Source: an uncultured Gammaproteobacteria bacterium (GTDB taxonomy: Bacteria > Pseudomonadota > Gammaproteobacteria > JACCXJ01). From it: DNA of 64,000 bases. Within the stretch, counting starts at the first letter, position 1. Every line of letters starts with the position of its first letter. The position numbers and the translations under genes are program-made. The stretch lies in NCBI GenBank assembly GCA_963764725.1, contig CAVXTM010000007.1:29230-93229 (forward strand). The letters run 5' to 3'. Of this stretch, positions 47,867 to 58,498 are shown one piece after another. Below the pieces are notes generated by a model. The model was given only the letters and a program-made list of their open reading frames with translations, was not told the DNA's origin and searched no databases.

Positions 47867-49135
47867 ATGGCGGTTCCTCAGCCCTTAAACATTCAAGCCT
47901 ACATGCAGGACATCGGGCGCCGCGCGCGCGCTGCGTCCTGGGCGATGGCCCGTGCCGCGACCGCGCTTAAAAACACGGCCCTGACCCGCATCGCCGAAAC
48001 CATTGAACGCAACCAGCAAGCGCTGCTCGAGGCCAATGGGCGGGATCTGGCGGCCGGTGCCGGGTTGGACGCCGCATTGCTCGATCGATTAGAGCTCAAC
48101 CCGACGCGAGTGCGCGCGATGGCGTCCGGGTTGCGCGAAATCGCCGCGCTGCCCGATCCCGTGGGCGAGATCACCGGCTTGCAATACCGCCCCTCGGGAA
48201 TTCAGGTCGGGCGCATGCGCGTGCCGCTGGGGGTCATCGGCATCATCTATGAGTCGCGTCCGAACGTGACCGCCGACGTCGCGGGTTTGACTCTGAAATC
48301 CGGGAACGCCGTGATCCTGCGCGGGGGCTCCGAGGCGTTGCACTCAAACCAGGCCATCGCATCCTGCGTCCATGAGGGATTGGCCGTCACGGGACTGCCG
48401 CTTGATGCCGCGCAGCTCGTCGAGACCACGGACCGCGCCGCGGTCGGCGAGCTCCTGCGCATGACGGACTTCGTCGATGTGATCGTGCCGCGCGGGGGTA
48501 AGGGACTCGTCGCGCGCATCAGCGAAGAGGCAAGGGTTCCCGTGATCAAACACCTAGACGGGGTGTGTCACGTCTACATCGACGAGCGCGCCGATCTCGA
48601 CAAGGCAGTCACCGTAGCTATCAACGCCAAGACCCAGCGCTACGGCACCTGCAACGCCATGGAGACCTTGCTGGTGGCCGAATCGGTGGCGCCGGCCGCC
48701 CTCGGGCGTTTAGGCCCGATGTATCGGGAGAAAGGCGTGGAGCTGAGAGGTTGCCGAATCACCTGTCGCTTGTTGCCTTATGCGGTCCCGGCCGCCGAGG
48801 ATGATTGGTATGCGGAGTACCTGGCCCCGATCCTCGCCGTGCGCGTGGTGCGCGATCTCGACCAGGCGATCGACCACATTCGCCGCTACGGCTCCCAGCA
48901 TACCGACGCCATCGTGACCGAAGATCTCACCCGCGCCCGCCGGTTTCTTACCGAGGTCGATTCCAGCTCCGTGATGGTGAACGCCTCGACCCGTTTCGCC
49001 GATGGCTACGAATACGGGCTCGGCGCCGAAGTCGGGATCAGCACTGATAAACTCCACGCCCGCGGGCCGGTGGGCCTCGAAGGACTCACCTCGCAGAAGT
49101 TTATCGTGTTCGGAGACGGCCACGTTCGCAAGTAA
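47867..49135 (+). CDS. proA: gamma-glutamyl phosphate reductase
   Basis: 422 aa, [25 protein letters not shown] motifs. Confidence 0.95.
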   Translation: MAVPQPLNIQAYMQDIGRRARAASWAMARAATALKNTALTRIAETIERNQQALLEANGRDLAAGAGLDAALLDRLELNPTRVRAMASGLREIAALPDPVGEITGLQYRPSGIQVGRMRVPLGVIGIIYESRPNVTADVAGLTLKSGNAVILRGGSEALHSNQAIASCVHEGLAVTGLPLDAAQLVETTDRAAVGELLRMTDFVDVIVPRGGKGLVARISEEARVPVIKHLDGVCHVYIDERADLDKAVTVAINAKTQRYGTCNAMETLLVAESVAPAALGRLGPMYREKGVELRGCRITCRLLPYAVPAAEDDWYAEYLAPILAVRVVRDLDQAIDHIRRYGSQHTDAIVTEDLTRARRFLTEVDSSSVMVNASTRFADGYEYGLGAEVGISTDKLHARGPVGLEGLTSQKFIVFGDGHVRK

Positions 49136-49141
49136 CTGCGG

Positions 49142-49789
49142 ATGACGGCCGTAGGCATCCTCGGAGGCACCTTCGATCCCATCCATCATGGCCATCTGCG
49201 CTTGGCGCTGGAGATGGCAGCCGCGCTCGAACTCGCGGCCGTACGCTTGCTACCCTTGCATACGCCGCCGCACCGAGAGCCGCCGATGGCCCTCCCCGAG
49301 CTACGCTTGCTGATGATCCTGGCCGCGATCGAGGGTCAAGGAACCCTGCTCGCCGATGACCGGGAGATCAACCGCCAGGGGATCTCGTATACCGTGGATA
49401 CACTGGCCGAGTTCCGCCGCGAGCACGCCGATGTTCCGCTGTGCCTGATCCTCGGGATGGATGCATTCCTGAGTCTGCCCACCTGGCGCCACTGGGAGAG
49501 AATCATCGAACTCGCCCATATTGCCGTTGCGCATCGCCACGACGCCGCTCCCTCGACCCCTGGCGTACTACGCGAATTGTTGGACCGGAACCGAACCGAT
49601 GATCCCAAGGATCTGGATCGGGCTCCCGCCGGGCGCGTCTACTTCGCCGCGATCCCGGCGCTCGAGATCTCCGCCTCCGGCATTCGTAAACGCATCGCCG
49701 CCGGAGATAACGTGCATTTTTTGCTGCCGGAACCGGTGCTGCAATTGATCCACCGCTACGGTCTATACAGAGTCGCTAATTCTCTATGA
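49142..49789 (+). CDS. nadD: nicotinate-nucleotide adenylyltransferase
   Basis: GILGGTFDPIHHGHL and ISASGIRKR motifs. ATGA overlap with rsfS. Confidence 0.92.
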   Translation: MTAVGILGGTFDPIHHGHLRLALEMAAALELAAVRLLPLHTPPHREPPMALPELRLLMILAAIEGQGTLLADDREINRQGISYTVDTLAEFRREHADVPLCLILGMDAFLSLPTWRHWERIIELAHIAVAHRHDAAPSTPGVLRELLDRNRTDDPKDLDRAPAGRVYFAAIPALEISASGIRKRIAAGDNVHFLLPEPVLQLIHRYGLYRVANSL

Positions 49790-50154
49790 ATCCCCAACAA
49801 CTCGCCGATCTCGTAACCACAGCCTTAGCAGACATCAAAGCCTTTGATATCCAGGTGCTCGACGTACACGAGATGACCAGCATCACCGATATCATGGTGA
49901 TCGCCAGCGGCCGCTCGAATCGCCAGATCAAAGCCATGGCCGGCAAGGTCGTAGAGGCGGCGCGCGCCGCGGGAATCAAACCCATTGGAATCGAGGGCGA
50001 GGGCCAAGCCGAATGGGTCTTGGTCGATCTCGGCGATGTGGTCGTACACGCGATGCAACCCGCGACCCGGGACTTCTACCAGTTGGAAAAACTCTGGGGC
50101 CAGGTCGAAGAGAGCTGCAAGCATCTCCTGGACACTCACCACGCGGTTCCCTGA
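49786..50154 (+). CDS. rsfS: ribosome silencing factor
   Basis: Iojap-like: DIKAFDIQVLDV...TDIMVIASGRSNRQIKA...EWVLVDLGDVVVHAM. Confidence 0.9.
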   Translation: MNPQQLADLVTTALADIKAFDIQVLDVHEMTSITDIMVIASGRSNRQIKAMAGKVVEAARAAGIKPIGIEGEGQAEWVLVDLGDVVVHAMQPATRDFYQLEKLWGQVEESCKHLLDTHHAVP

Positions 50155-50186
50155 TCATCCACGCCGTGGGCCGCTGCGGCTTCTCC

Positions 50187-50678
50187 ATGCGCATCCACCT
50201 CCTCTGCGTCACGCATCGCGTACCGGCGTGGGTGAAAGCCGCGTTCGAGGAATACGCGATGCGACTCCCGCCGAGTTGCCGGCTCGGGCTGGTCGAGATC
50301 AGAGCGGCGCGCCGGCCGGCTCACGCCGATCCGGCTCGCGCGCGCGAGGAGGAGGCTTCGCGCTTGCTGAAGGCAGTCCCAGGTAGCGCCGGAATCGTTG
50401 CTCTCGCGGAACACGGCGAAGCCTGGACCACGGCCGAACTCGCGCGGCACCTCGGTTCCTGGACCCAAGCCTCGAACGACGTCGCCCTCTTGATCGGCGG
50501 CGCCGACGGCCTGGCGCGACGTTGCTTGCAACAGGCCAACCACGTGTGGTCGCTGTCGGCGTTAACCTTGCCGCACGCCCTGGTGCGCGTCATCGTCGCC
50601 GAGCAAATCTACCGGGCGTGGAGCCTATTGCAACATCATCCCTACCATCGGGCAGCGTGCGCGCCGCGCTCTATCTGA
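50187..50678 (+). CDS. rlmH: 23S rRNA (pseudouridine1915-N3)-methyltransferase
   Basis: MRIHLLCV...LLIGGADGL...[35 protein letters not shown]. Confidence 0.9.
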   Translation: MRIHLLCVTHRVPAWVKAAFEEYAMRLPPSCRLGLVEIRAARRPAHADPARAREEEASRLLKAVPGSAGIVALAEHGEAWTTAELARHLGSWTQASNDVALLIGGADGLARRCLQQANHVWSLSALTLPHALVRVIVAEQIYRAWSLLQHHPYHRAACAPRSI

Positions 50679-50896
50679 ACTCCGAATCGCCCCGCCGCCA
50701 GGCGCTGCTCGGGCAGCTTGGCGTTGCATTCGTCACGATTTCGGCGGCCATCGATGAGACCTGGAATGGCGTCGAGACACCTGCGTGCCACGTCGAGCGC
50801 CTGGCGCTCGAAAAAGCCCATGAAACCGCGGAGCTTCTGCGCGCGGCGGGCATCGAGATCTTGGCTCCTGCGCCGCGTGCTCTCGACCGCGACTGA
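50657..50896 (+). pseudogene. maf: Maf-like nucleotide pyrophosphatase, N-terminal ~80 codons only
   Basis: [31 protein letters not shown]...VERLALEKA matches the Maf N-terminus. The frame closes at TGA 50894-50896. A full-length Maf (~190-200 aa) would run into the opposite-strand gene at 51053. Confidence 0.7.
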
Positions 50897-51052
50897 TATC
50901 ACGTCCTGGGGGGGGCACAGCGGGTTTGAACAGATCCTCAGCGAGTAGAGCTCGTTTCTTGCTCCCCCAGCCTTGCACTTTTGCGCGGCACAGGTCCGCT
51001 CGCCGCCCCTAAAATCCAAGTGCCTAAGGCACCTCTACCTTACCACGAAGTT

Positions 51053-51784
51053 TTAGGCGGTTTGCGCGCGTCGGAGATCAATGGCTTTCCGCCATCGTTC
51101 AACGCGTGTTCGTATGGGCGCTGAGCTGGGAGTTAAATAGCCGAGCCGTAACAATTCGCGTATGTCCGCGCGCGTCGGCTTGGCCCTGGTGCGAAACAGA
51201 AAATCGGCAAAGGGAAAGACGACATTGTGGTTTCGACGGGTGTCTTGATGATGGAGGAAATGATTTATCGCTAAGAACCTGAAAAATGCCCAATCCTTGT
51301 AAAACACGCTCCGCGGAATGTGCATCTGACGGTGAAACATGCTCCACAAACGATTGTGTGCCAGTGCTGTGACTAGAAAAATGCCGCCGCCGTAAATCGA
51401 CAGCCAGAATATCGGGGCCCAGAGAGGAAAAGCCGCGACGAGCATCAACACTGTTTCCCTGAGGGGTATAGGCAGGTTTTCCTCGCGTCCGATCTCGTCG
51501 GGCTCATAGTCGAACTCTCTGTACCATCTCGCATGATGACGTATCGCATGGGCTTCGAACGCATCGAGAACATAAGGGAAGGCCCTGTAGACTCGCGCGG
51601 GCAACGGTTTGCCGTGCATTAGGCGCTTGTGAATTTGATGCTCTCCGATGGAAATGTACGTGTAGCTGAAAGCGATCCACCCCAGGCCGGCCAACATGTC
51701 GGGTATCATGATTTCTTGGTGTGATACACGTTGTAAGAATTTATCCGAAGCGCTCATGATAGGAAACGCAATTGATTTCCGCAA
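51053..51784 (-). CDS. fatty-acid hydroxylase / sterol-desaturase superfamily membrane protein
   Basis: Histidine boxes HQIHKRLMH, HAIRHH, HRQMH and HFLHH within a TM protein. Confidence 0.6.
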   Translation of the reverse strand: MRKSIAFPIMSASDKFLQRVSHQEIMIPDMLAGLGWIAFSYTYISIGEHQIHKRLMHGKPLPARVYRAFPYVLDAFEAHAIRHHARWYREFDYEPDEIGREENLPIPLRETVLMLVAAFPLWAPIFWLSIYGGGIFLVTALAHNRLWSMFHRQMHIPRSVFYKDWAFFRFLAINHFLHHQDTRRNHNVVFPFADFLFRTRAKPTRADIRELLRLGYLTPSSAPIRTRVERWRKAIDLRRAQTA

Positions 51785-51908
51785 CGAGTAGCGGCCGGAT
51801 TAAACAGACGTCAGCTGGATTTTCTGATGTTGGCAGACGGCATGGATGCATTGGCTTCCCAGCGCCAAGGAACGCTAAACAACCACCGGCTTGGTGTGAT
51901 GATAATTG

Positions 51909-54900
51909 TCACGATAGTTGGGTATGCTTAGGGAGCTTCATATAGTATTTATTCAGGCTCGTATAATAGGCAGCTGCATCCGGGAACCTTGAAGCCGCGT
52001 GGATTTTTGAATCGACCATCGACAACACAACTCCACTCATGCGGCCTCCTGCGCTTGCGATCATCTTTATTCCATACTTAACGATTTCTCGGCGTGTCGA
52101 GGCCCATTTTGCTATGTACACGGTGGTATCGACTTTTGTTGCAAGAACGCGTGAATCCGTGACCGCCATCACCGGCGGCGAATCTAGGATTACTAAGTCG
52201 AATTTGCTTGCCAACTGGTCGAGTAAAACGTCTAACCGCTCGGAATTGATATAGTAATTCGGGTTTGTGACAGGGCGTCCGGCACATATCACGCAGGCGC
52301 CAGATGCTTCGTCTGTCCGGATTGCGTCGTCAAAAGATACTTCGTCGTCCAAGATCTCGATAAGACCCGGTTCGCGTTTGATGCCTAGGGTACTGTGAAT
52401 TTTCGGAGTTCTAAGATCGGCGTCGACAATAAGTACCTGTTGCCCAGTGAGTGCCCACAGTCTCGCTAAGCACAAAGCGATTGTTGTCTTACCTTCCAGT
52501 GGCAATGACGAAGCGATAAGAACGGTTCTTGGCGGCACGCCTAGCGGACTGAAACGAATACTCGTGTAAAGCGCGTGAAACGACTCGGTGATCGCCGATC
52601 GGGGCTGTTTTAGAATATATGATTCTAGTTTTCTTCCAATATTGCCAAATCCACCGAACTTGGGGATCGAACCAAGAGCTGGCAATCCGACGGCACGTTC
52701 AATCTGTTCGCTACTCCGAAAGCCTGGGTCCAGCTCCTCGATGACGTATACAACAGTGAACGCAATAAACAGGGAAACGACGAAGGCCAGGGCAAGGATT
52801 AATTTTTTTCTCGGATGAGTCGGTTTGATGGGCACATCTGCATAAGAGATGACATGCGCATCAGCCTGCCGTGCCCCAAGATATTCTTGCGAGTTCGATT
52901 CCTTTGTACGCGTCAAGAAGGTCTCTAAAAGCACCTTATTCGCATCGGCTTCCGCTTGCAATGATCGTAATTGAACATCGCTTTCGTTGGACTTGGCCAC
53001 CTGCTTCTCAAGCTCTCTTAGTCGTGACTGAAACGCATATTCGCGGGCGCTGGCAATATCAGCCTCGTGCTGCAATCCTCGAGAAATCTTACCGATTTCC
53101 GCCTCTATCTTGGTTTGCAAATCGCGCCTTTCAGCTTGTAGCTGCAGCATGGTAGGATGTCTTTCCCCGAGATCCTCGGAAAGCTCGGCAGACTTGCGCG
53201 CTAGCTCTGTTTCTTGTCCTCTGAGCGCCTGGATCAAACCAGATCCGAGTACTTCTGCAATAGAATCGGCGCTACCGTCCGCTGAAGTTAACCCTCGTCT
53301 TTGCTCTCTGAGGCGCGCCTGCGCGGCCGCTCTCTCCGCTCGTGCCTGGACTAACTGTGTGTTTAATTCAGAGATTTCCTGCGCCACCAAAGTCCCGTCG
53401 CGGCCTTGGATTAAACCGGCCTCCCGGCGGTATTTTTCTACTGCCTTCTCGGAGTCCTCAACTTGCTTACGTACCGCGGCAATACGCTCGTCCAGCCATT
53501 CGGTCGTTTGTCGGGCCGCCCCGAGCTTGTTTTCGATCCGCGCCCCAATATATAGGTCGGCAACAGCGTTTGCTATATTGGAAGCCTTTTCGGCGCCCTC
53601 TGACGCAAATGCCACAGTGATTACCCGCGATTGCCCCTTCGGAGCGACGCTGAGTTGTCCTAGAAAGGTATCAATGACCGCTGCTCGCTCACGCGCTTGA
53701 CGTTGCGCATCGGACTCCGGCTCTTCTTCCGGAGAGCTAAACACCTGTGCCACTGTTTTCTTCAGTTGCTCGATAAACTCGGCAAATTCTGTTTTCGATT
53801 GCAATGCGGCGTTAAATTCTGGGTCTTGCACTAGTTTCAGCTGATCTACGGCTTTGCCCGCCATGCTACGTCCGAGAAGGACCTCGATCTCGCTGGCAAT
53901 GGTCTGGGAATCCATAGGCAGATTCGGCATCACTTCCGGGATGCCGATGTTTACGCGTTCCTGGCCGTCAACCATGATCGCCGCTTCAGCCTCGTATCGT
54001 GGAGTCAACATGAATAAAACCACGGTCGTTAACGCCAGCAATGCGCCTACGACACCCATCAGTATCCATCTTCGCCGCCGTAGTGTAGAAAAAACGTCTG
54101 CTAACGAGATTGACGAGCTCGCGCTAACAAGTGCCTCACCAGAGGCCGCTTCATTGGACATCATCAAAGGCCGCCCGGGGTTATTGATTAACGACGATCC
54201 GGGATTGTTTATGGTAGTAATACCGCTCATGTCCTTATCTTCGCGCCGGCGCTTTACATGTAGCTCGCCGCTTTTGACCCGTCGGCGACGCCAGGCCGAA
54301 ATTTGTGCAGTGGAAATGCCTTCCCGATCGAAGATCTCCAGGACTTGAGTAACATTATTGCAACGCCCTACCTGCTTAAGAATCCGGCGTTCACGATCGG
54401 CATCGAAATAGCGACGCTCGTATTCCCCCTCCGGCGCGTTATCGTCTTGCGGGAAGTCTTCTATTGAGTCTCCAAGGGCTTGGAGCAGGGAATGCAGCTC
54501 GTTAGCCTCTGGTCTAACAGCTTGGCGCTGGATACGTCTTATTGTGTCGGCAAGAGATCGGAGGAGGGAACGAGATGCCGTAGCCACGGGCGCATTATCC
54601 GGTCGCGGAGTATGCTCTATCGATTCGGTCACAAAGGCATCCGTGATCTCATGCATAAACGCGTCTATGATCGAACTCTTTGAACCAACCTCTTTAGGTC
54701 TGCCATGCCGGCGCCGCCAATGCCCGACTTGGGCAGTTAAAACACCTTGTTTATCAAGTAGTTCCACGATCTGACCCGCATTCGTGCAGCGCTCAATCTC
54801 CGCCAGAAGGCGGTGTTCGTTCTTCAGGTTGGAATAGGGCAGCTCGTGTTCGGCGGGGTCTTCATTCTCGGGCGTGCCATCCTCTTGCGGGGAATCTTCG

Positions 54901-55088
54901 ATTGATTCCGTAAGAAATCGGCGCAGGGAACGAAGTTCCTCAGCCTCACGTGGGTTATCGTCTTCCGGGATCCGTGCTATTGATTTGATAATGGCTCGGA
55001 GCAGAGAACGGTGTTCTTTAGCCTTTGGCAGGTCGTCTTCCTGCAAGCTATGTCTTGTTGATTCCGTCATAACTGCCTCTATTCTCAA
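51909..55088 (-). CDS. Wzc/EpsG-type polysaccharide co-polymerase tyrosine autokinase with a ~308-aa repeated N-terminal extension
   Basis: From aa ~309 the architecture is typical Wzc: RRRRW plus TM1, a Wzz-like periplasmic/coiled-coil region, TM2, Walker A LPLEGKT, A' VLIVDADLR, B LVILDSPP and a Tyr-containing tail AAYYTSLNKYYMK. Upstream and in frame lie two ~125-aa modules. Confidence 0.85.
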   Translation of the reverse strand: MRIEAVMTESTRHSLQEDDLPKAKEHRSLLRAIIKSIARIPEDDNPREAEELRSLRRFLTESIEDSPQEDGTPENEDPAEHELPYSNLKNEHRLLAEIERCTNAGQIVELLDKQGVLTAQVGHWRRRHGRPKEVGSKSSIIDAFMHEITDAFVTESIEHTPRPDNAPVATASRSLLRSLADTIRRIQRQAVRPEANELHSLLQALGDSIEDFPQDDNAPEGEYERRYFDADRERRILKQVGRCNNVTQVLEIFDREGISTAQISAWRRRRVKSGELHVKRRREDKDMSGITTINNPGSSLINNPGRPLMMSNEAASGEALVSASSSISLADVFSTLRRRRWILMGVVGALLALTTVVLFMLTPRYEAEAAIMVDGQERVNIGIPEVMPNLPMDSQTIASEIEVLLGRSMAGKAVDQLKLVQDPEFNAALQSKTEFAEFIEQLKKTVAQVFSSPEEEPESDAQRQARERAAVIDTFLGQLSVAPKGQSRVITVAFASEGAEKASNIANAVADLYIGARIENKLGAARQTTEWLDERIAAVRKQVEDSEKAVEKYRREAGLIQGRDGTLVAQEISELNTQLVQARAERAAAQARLREQRRGLTSADGSADSIAEVLGSGLIQALRGQETELARKSAELSEDLGERHPTMLQLQAERRDLQTKIEAEIGKISRGLQHEADIASAREYAFQSRLRELEKQVAKSNESDVQLRSLQAEADANKVLLETFLTRTKESNSQEYLGARQADAHVISYADVPIKPTHPRKKLILALAFVVSLFIAFTVVYVIEELDPGFRSSEQIERAVGLPALGSIPKFGGFGNIGRKLESYILKQPRSAITESFHALYTSIRFSPLGVPPRTVLIASSLPLEGKTTIALCLARLWALTGQQVLIVDADLRTPKIHSTLGIKREPGLIEILDDEVSFDDAIRTDEASGACVICAGRPVTNPNYYINSERLDVLLDQLASKFDLVILDSPPVMAVTDSRVLATKVDTTVYIAKWASTRREIVKYGIKMIASAGGRMSGVVLSMVDSKIHAASRFPDAAAYYTSLNKYYMKLPKHTQLS

Positions 55089-55803
55089 ACTTTTAGTGCT
55101 ATCCCGCTACCCTTATCACGAATTGATTCCGAAGGCCTTGCTTCTTTCCAATCATCAATTTCCTCTTGTAGTGGGCATGCGTCCGGGTAATACCCTCGCA
55201 AAAAAGTATATACGCCTTTTCATGCGTACGATTCATATGATTCCACTCGAGGCGCCCCCATCGCCAAGGGCAAAGGATTGCAGACTGCTGTGTGCGTTTG
55301 TGCCTTCCATGTTCTTACCCCATGTCCGTGCGAGGCGCTGACGGCCGTTTTTCAATGGGTGCGGAGCGAAAAGATAAACCTTCTTGCCCGCGTTGCAAGG
55401 ACAGCAGATCCACTATCCTAAGGTATTAAACATACTAGAGCCTGATCGGGTTCAGATGTCAATAGTGGACTACAAATACCTAACGCAATAAGCTGTAACC
55501 GTTAGCACTTACGGCCAATCCGGCGTGCGTTAACGGCGCGAAAACGATACCGGGGCCGATTTATTCGGAGAAGCATCGCTTCAATAGGGAGTATAGTTAC
55601 CGAATAGAGTACTATTAGAGATGGAGACTTTGAGCCTACAAGATCGAAAATTCGAATTTGAAAGCGTACTAAGAAAACAAAAAACGGGAAGTAGAACACA
55701 AAAAAATACTAGATCCCTGAAAGGCTTGTACGGTCAAACGTGCCACGTCGAAGAATGCTAGCCGAGAATATGGCGGGTTGAGGATCATCAGGAGGGACGC
55801 ACT

Positions 55804-57246
55804 GTGAATAGTGTTCAGTACATGGATAACCTAAGGGGTTCTCGTGGATTGATTCGTCCGGATCAATCCACGTTGAACGGGATGCTCCGCGTGATAGATG
55901 GAGCTATTATCGCCGGGAGCTTATGGGCTGCCTGTTCGATTTATGGGGTGCTTTGGCCGGACCAATATAATTGGGTGGCCATTTGCGCAGTAGCCTTCTT
56001 TTTATGGTTCTCAGAAAATAACGGCCTCTATAGCTCTCGGCGTGGCATTCTCTTACGTGAAGAGACGAGCCAGGTTTTAAAGGCATGGCTGCATTCCGTC
56101 GTGGGCCTATTGCTCCTGGCCTATCTCACGCATAAATCAACAGAGTACTCCCGGCGAATAATATTAACCTGGGTTGCCCTCGTGCCTGTATGCCTAGTCG
56201 GTATACGTTGTAGTCTGCGTATTCTCCTACGCTACGTTCGCGCACTAGGATACAACTCGCGCAAGGTGGCGATCGTAGGATTAAGTGAATTAGCGGGTCG
56301 GGTGGCCCATGTAATTCATAGCAGGCCAGATCTCGGGATGGAATTGTCCGGGTTTTACGACGATAGGCAGCCGAATAATGGTAGAACGCTCGGTATTAAC
56401 ACAAACCTAGCTCCTATTCGGGGTGGTTTCGATAACTTACTGCAGGATGCACGTACAGGGCTAGTAGACGTAATCTACGTTGTTTCGCCGTTACGTGCCG
56501 AACAGCGGGTAAAGGATCTGATCTTTAAGCTCGCAGACACTACAGCATCGGTTTACGTGGTGCCTGACTTTTTTACGTTCGATCTGTTGCGCGCTCGTTG
56601 GATGAGCCTGGATGGAATCCCGGCTGTGAGCATCCATGACACGCCGTTCGATGGCGTAGACGGCGTATTTAAGCGCATGGAAGATATTATTGTCGCTAGC
56701 ACTTGTTTAGTCGCCGTTTCGATTCCAATGGTGTTTATCGCTATAGGCATTAGGCTTTCCTCTCCAGGCCCGATCCTTTTTAAGCAACGCCGTTATGGCA
56801 TCAATGGGGAAAAGATAGACGTTTTGAAGTTTCGAACAATGACCGTCTGCGAGAACGGAGCGAGCGTAAATCAGGCCAAAGAAAACGATCCGCGCGTCAC
56901 CAAGTTGGGTCGCTTCTTGCGCAGAACGTCACTGGATGAGTTGCCGCAATTCATTAACGTCTTGCAAGGTCAAATGTCCATCGTCGGCCCACGTCCACAT
57001 GCCGTAGCCCACAATGAAGAATACCGCTCCTTGCTGCAAGGTTACATGTTACGGCACAAAGTAAAACCTGGCATCACCGGTTGGGCACAGATTAACGGCC
57101 TGCGTGGCGAGACAGATACCATCGATAAAATGCAAATGCGACTACAATTTGATCTTGACTATATTCGATCGTGGTCACCGTATTTCGATCTGAAAATTAT
57201 CCTTACTACGATGTTCATAGTCTTTCTCGGAAAGAACGCCTATTAA
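55804..57246 (+). CDS. undecaprenyl-phosphate hexose-1-phosphate transferase (WcaJ/WbaP-type initiating sugar transferase)
   Basis: N-terminal TM bundle plus a C-terminal bacterial sugar transferase domain (KFRTM, DPRVTKLGRFLRRTSLDELPQFINVLQGQMSIVGPRP). Confidence 0.9.
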   Translation: MNSVQYMDNLRGSRGLIRPDQSTLNGMLRVIDGAIIAGSLWAACSIYGVLWPDQYNWVAICAVAFFLWFSENNGLYSSRRGILLREETSQVLKAWLHSVVGLLLLAYLTHKSTEYSRRIILTWVALVPVCLVGIRCSLRILLRYVRALGYNSRKVAIVGLSELAGRVAHVIHSRPDLGMELSGFYDDRQPNNGRTLGINTNLAPIRGGFDNLLQDARTGLVDVIYVVSPLRAEQRVKDLIFKLADTTASVYVVPDFFTFDLLRARWMSLDGIPAVSIHDTPFDGVDGVFKRMEDIIVASTCLVAVSIPMVFIAIGIRLSSPGPILFKQRRYGINGEKIDVLKFRTMTVCENGASVNQAKENDPRVTKLGRFLRRTSLDELPQFINVLQGQMSIVGPRPHAVAHNEEYRSLLQGYMLRHKVKPGITGWAQINGLRGETDTIDKMQMRLQFDLDYIRSWSPYFDLKIILTTMFIVFLGKNAY

Positions 57247-57343
57247 TACCCCTCCGTAGTGAAGATTGCCGCAGAGATCCGTGTTGCAGCCGTATATCGG
57301 AAACATTAACGCTGGGCCTTGAAATCGTCCAGGGAGTTGAAAT

Positions 57344-58393
57344 ATGCGTGTTTTAGTGACTGGACATTGTGGCTACATTGGCAGCGTGCTCGTACCGATG
57401 CTTCTCTGTGAAGGGCATGAGGTCGTCGGACTAGACAGCGACTTATTCGAACGCTGCACCTTTACGGGAACGCTAGCCGATGTACCGCATGTAAAAAAAG
57501 ACATCCGCGATGTCAATAAAACCGATCTCGTCGGGTTCGATGCGATTATTCACCTAGCCGGATTATCCAATGATCCCCTGGGAGATTACAAACCAAGTTT
57601 AACGGAGGAAATTAATGAGAAGGCATCCATACGCCTCGCCACACTCGCGAAAGAGGTCGGCGTTCGTAGATTCCTGTTTGCTTCGTCTTGCAGTAACTAC
57701 GGTGCCGCCGGTAGCGATTTTCTAACGGAAACAGCTCCGTTCAACCCTGTAACACCTTATGGCCTATCCAAAGTTAACGTGGAAAAAGCCGTCTCTAGGC
57801 TTGCGGATAACACCTTCAGTCCCACCTTCTTGCGTGCCTCTACGGCCTATGGTCTCTCGCCCCGCTTACGCTTCGACCTCGTCTTAAATAATCTAATCGC
57901 CTGGGCATTTACTTCAGGTCGCGTATATATGAAAAGCGATGGAACACCTTGGCGGCCCATCGTACACGTGGAGGACATAGCACGGGCATATGCGAGTATC
58001 TTAACTGCGCCGCGCGGGCTGATACACAACGAGGCATTCAATATAGGCGCGACGTCGGAGAATTATCAAATTTGCGACCTTGCAGAAATCGTAAAGGATA
58101 TAGTGCCGAATTGCCGTATCGAATATGCGCCCGATGCGAGTCCCGATTTGCGTTGCTACCGAGTCGATTGCACTAAGATTGCAAAAACTTTACACGGTTT
58201 TAAACCTCAATGGACAGCCCGCCGAGGGGCCGAGCAATTGTATCTGGCATATAACAATGTAGGCTTGACGATCGAAGATTTTGAAGGGGAGAAATTCAAG
58301 CGCATTTCTCACGTAACAAAATTAATCGCGGACGGTATGCTGGATGACTCGTTGCGTCCACGGTCCGCCCAAGAAACCGCTGCTATGGCCTAA
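57344..58393 (+). CDS. NAD-dependent epimerase/dehydratase (extended SDR)
   Basis: VLVTGHCGYIGS Rossmann motif and the YxxxK catalytic pair in PYGLSKVNVEK. Confidence 0.85.
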   Translation: MRVLVTGHCGYIGSVLVPMLLCEGHEVVGLDSDLFERCTFTGTLADVPHVKKDIRDVNKTDLVGFDAIIHLAGLSNDPLGDYKPSLTEEINEKASIRLATLAKEVGVRRFLFASSCSNYGAAGSDFLTETAPFNPVTPYGLSKVNVEKAVSRLADNTFSPTFLRASTAYGLSPRLRFDLVLNNLIAWAFTSGRVYMKSDGTPWRPIVHVEDIARAYASILTAPRGLIHNEAFNIGATSENYQICDLAEIVKDIVPNCRIEYAPDASPDLRCYRVDCTKIAKTLHGFKPQWTARRGAEQLYLAYNNVGLTIEDFEGEKFKRISHVTKLIADGMLDDSLRPRSAQETAAMA

Positions 58394-58498
58394 ACGGCTC
58401 ACGAGGAGAAAGACACGAATAGATAGCCTGCCACTTATCGTTGTCACGGCCGGTGTAGCGAGCCGCATCGTACTAAGATGACTGAGGAGAGAGGTTAA

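Noticed and set aside
55431-55715. Two similar motifs (atactagagcctga / atactagatccctga) 262 nt apart in the long wzc-wcaJ intergenic region
   Set aside because: Only about 13 matching positions in AT-rich DNA, which is compatible with chance. It is worth revisiting only if the kinase N-terminal modules prove to bind DNA.
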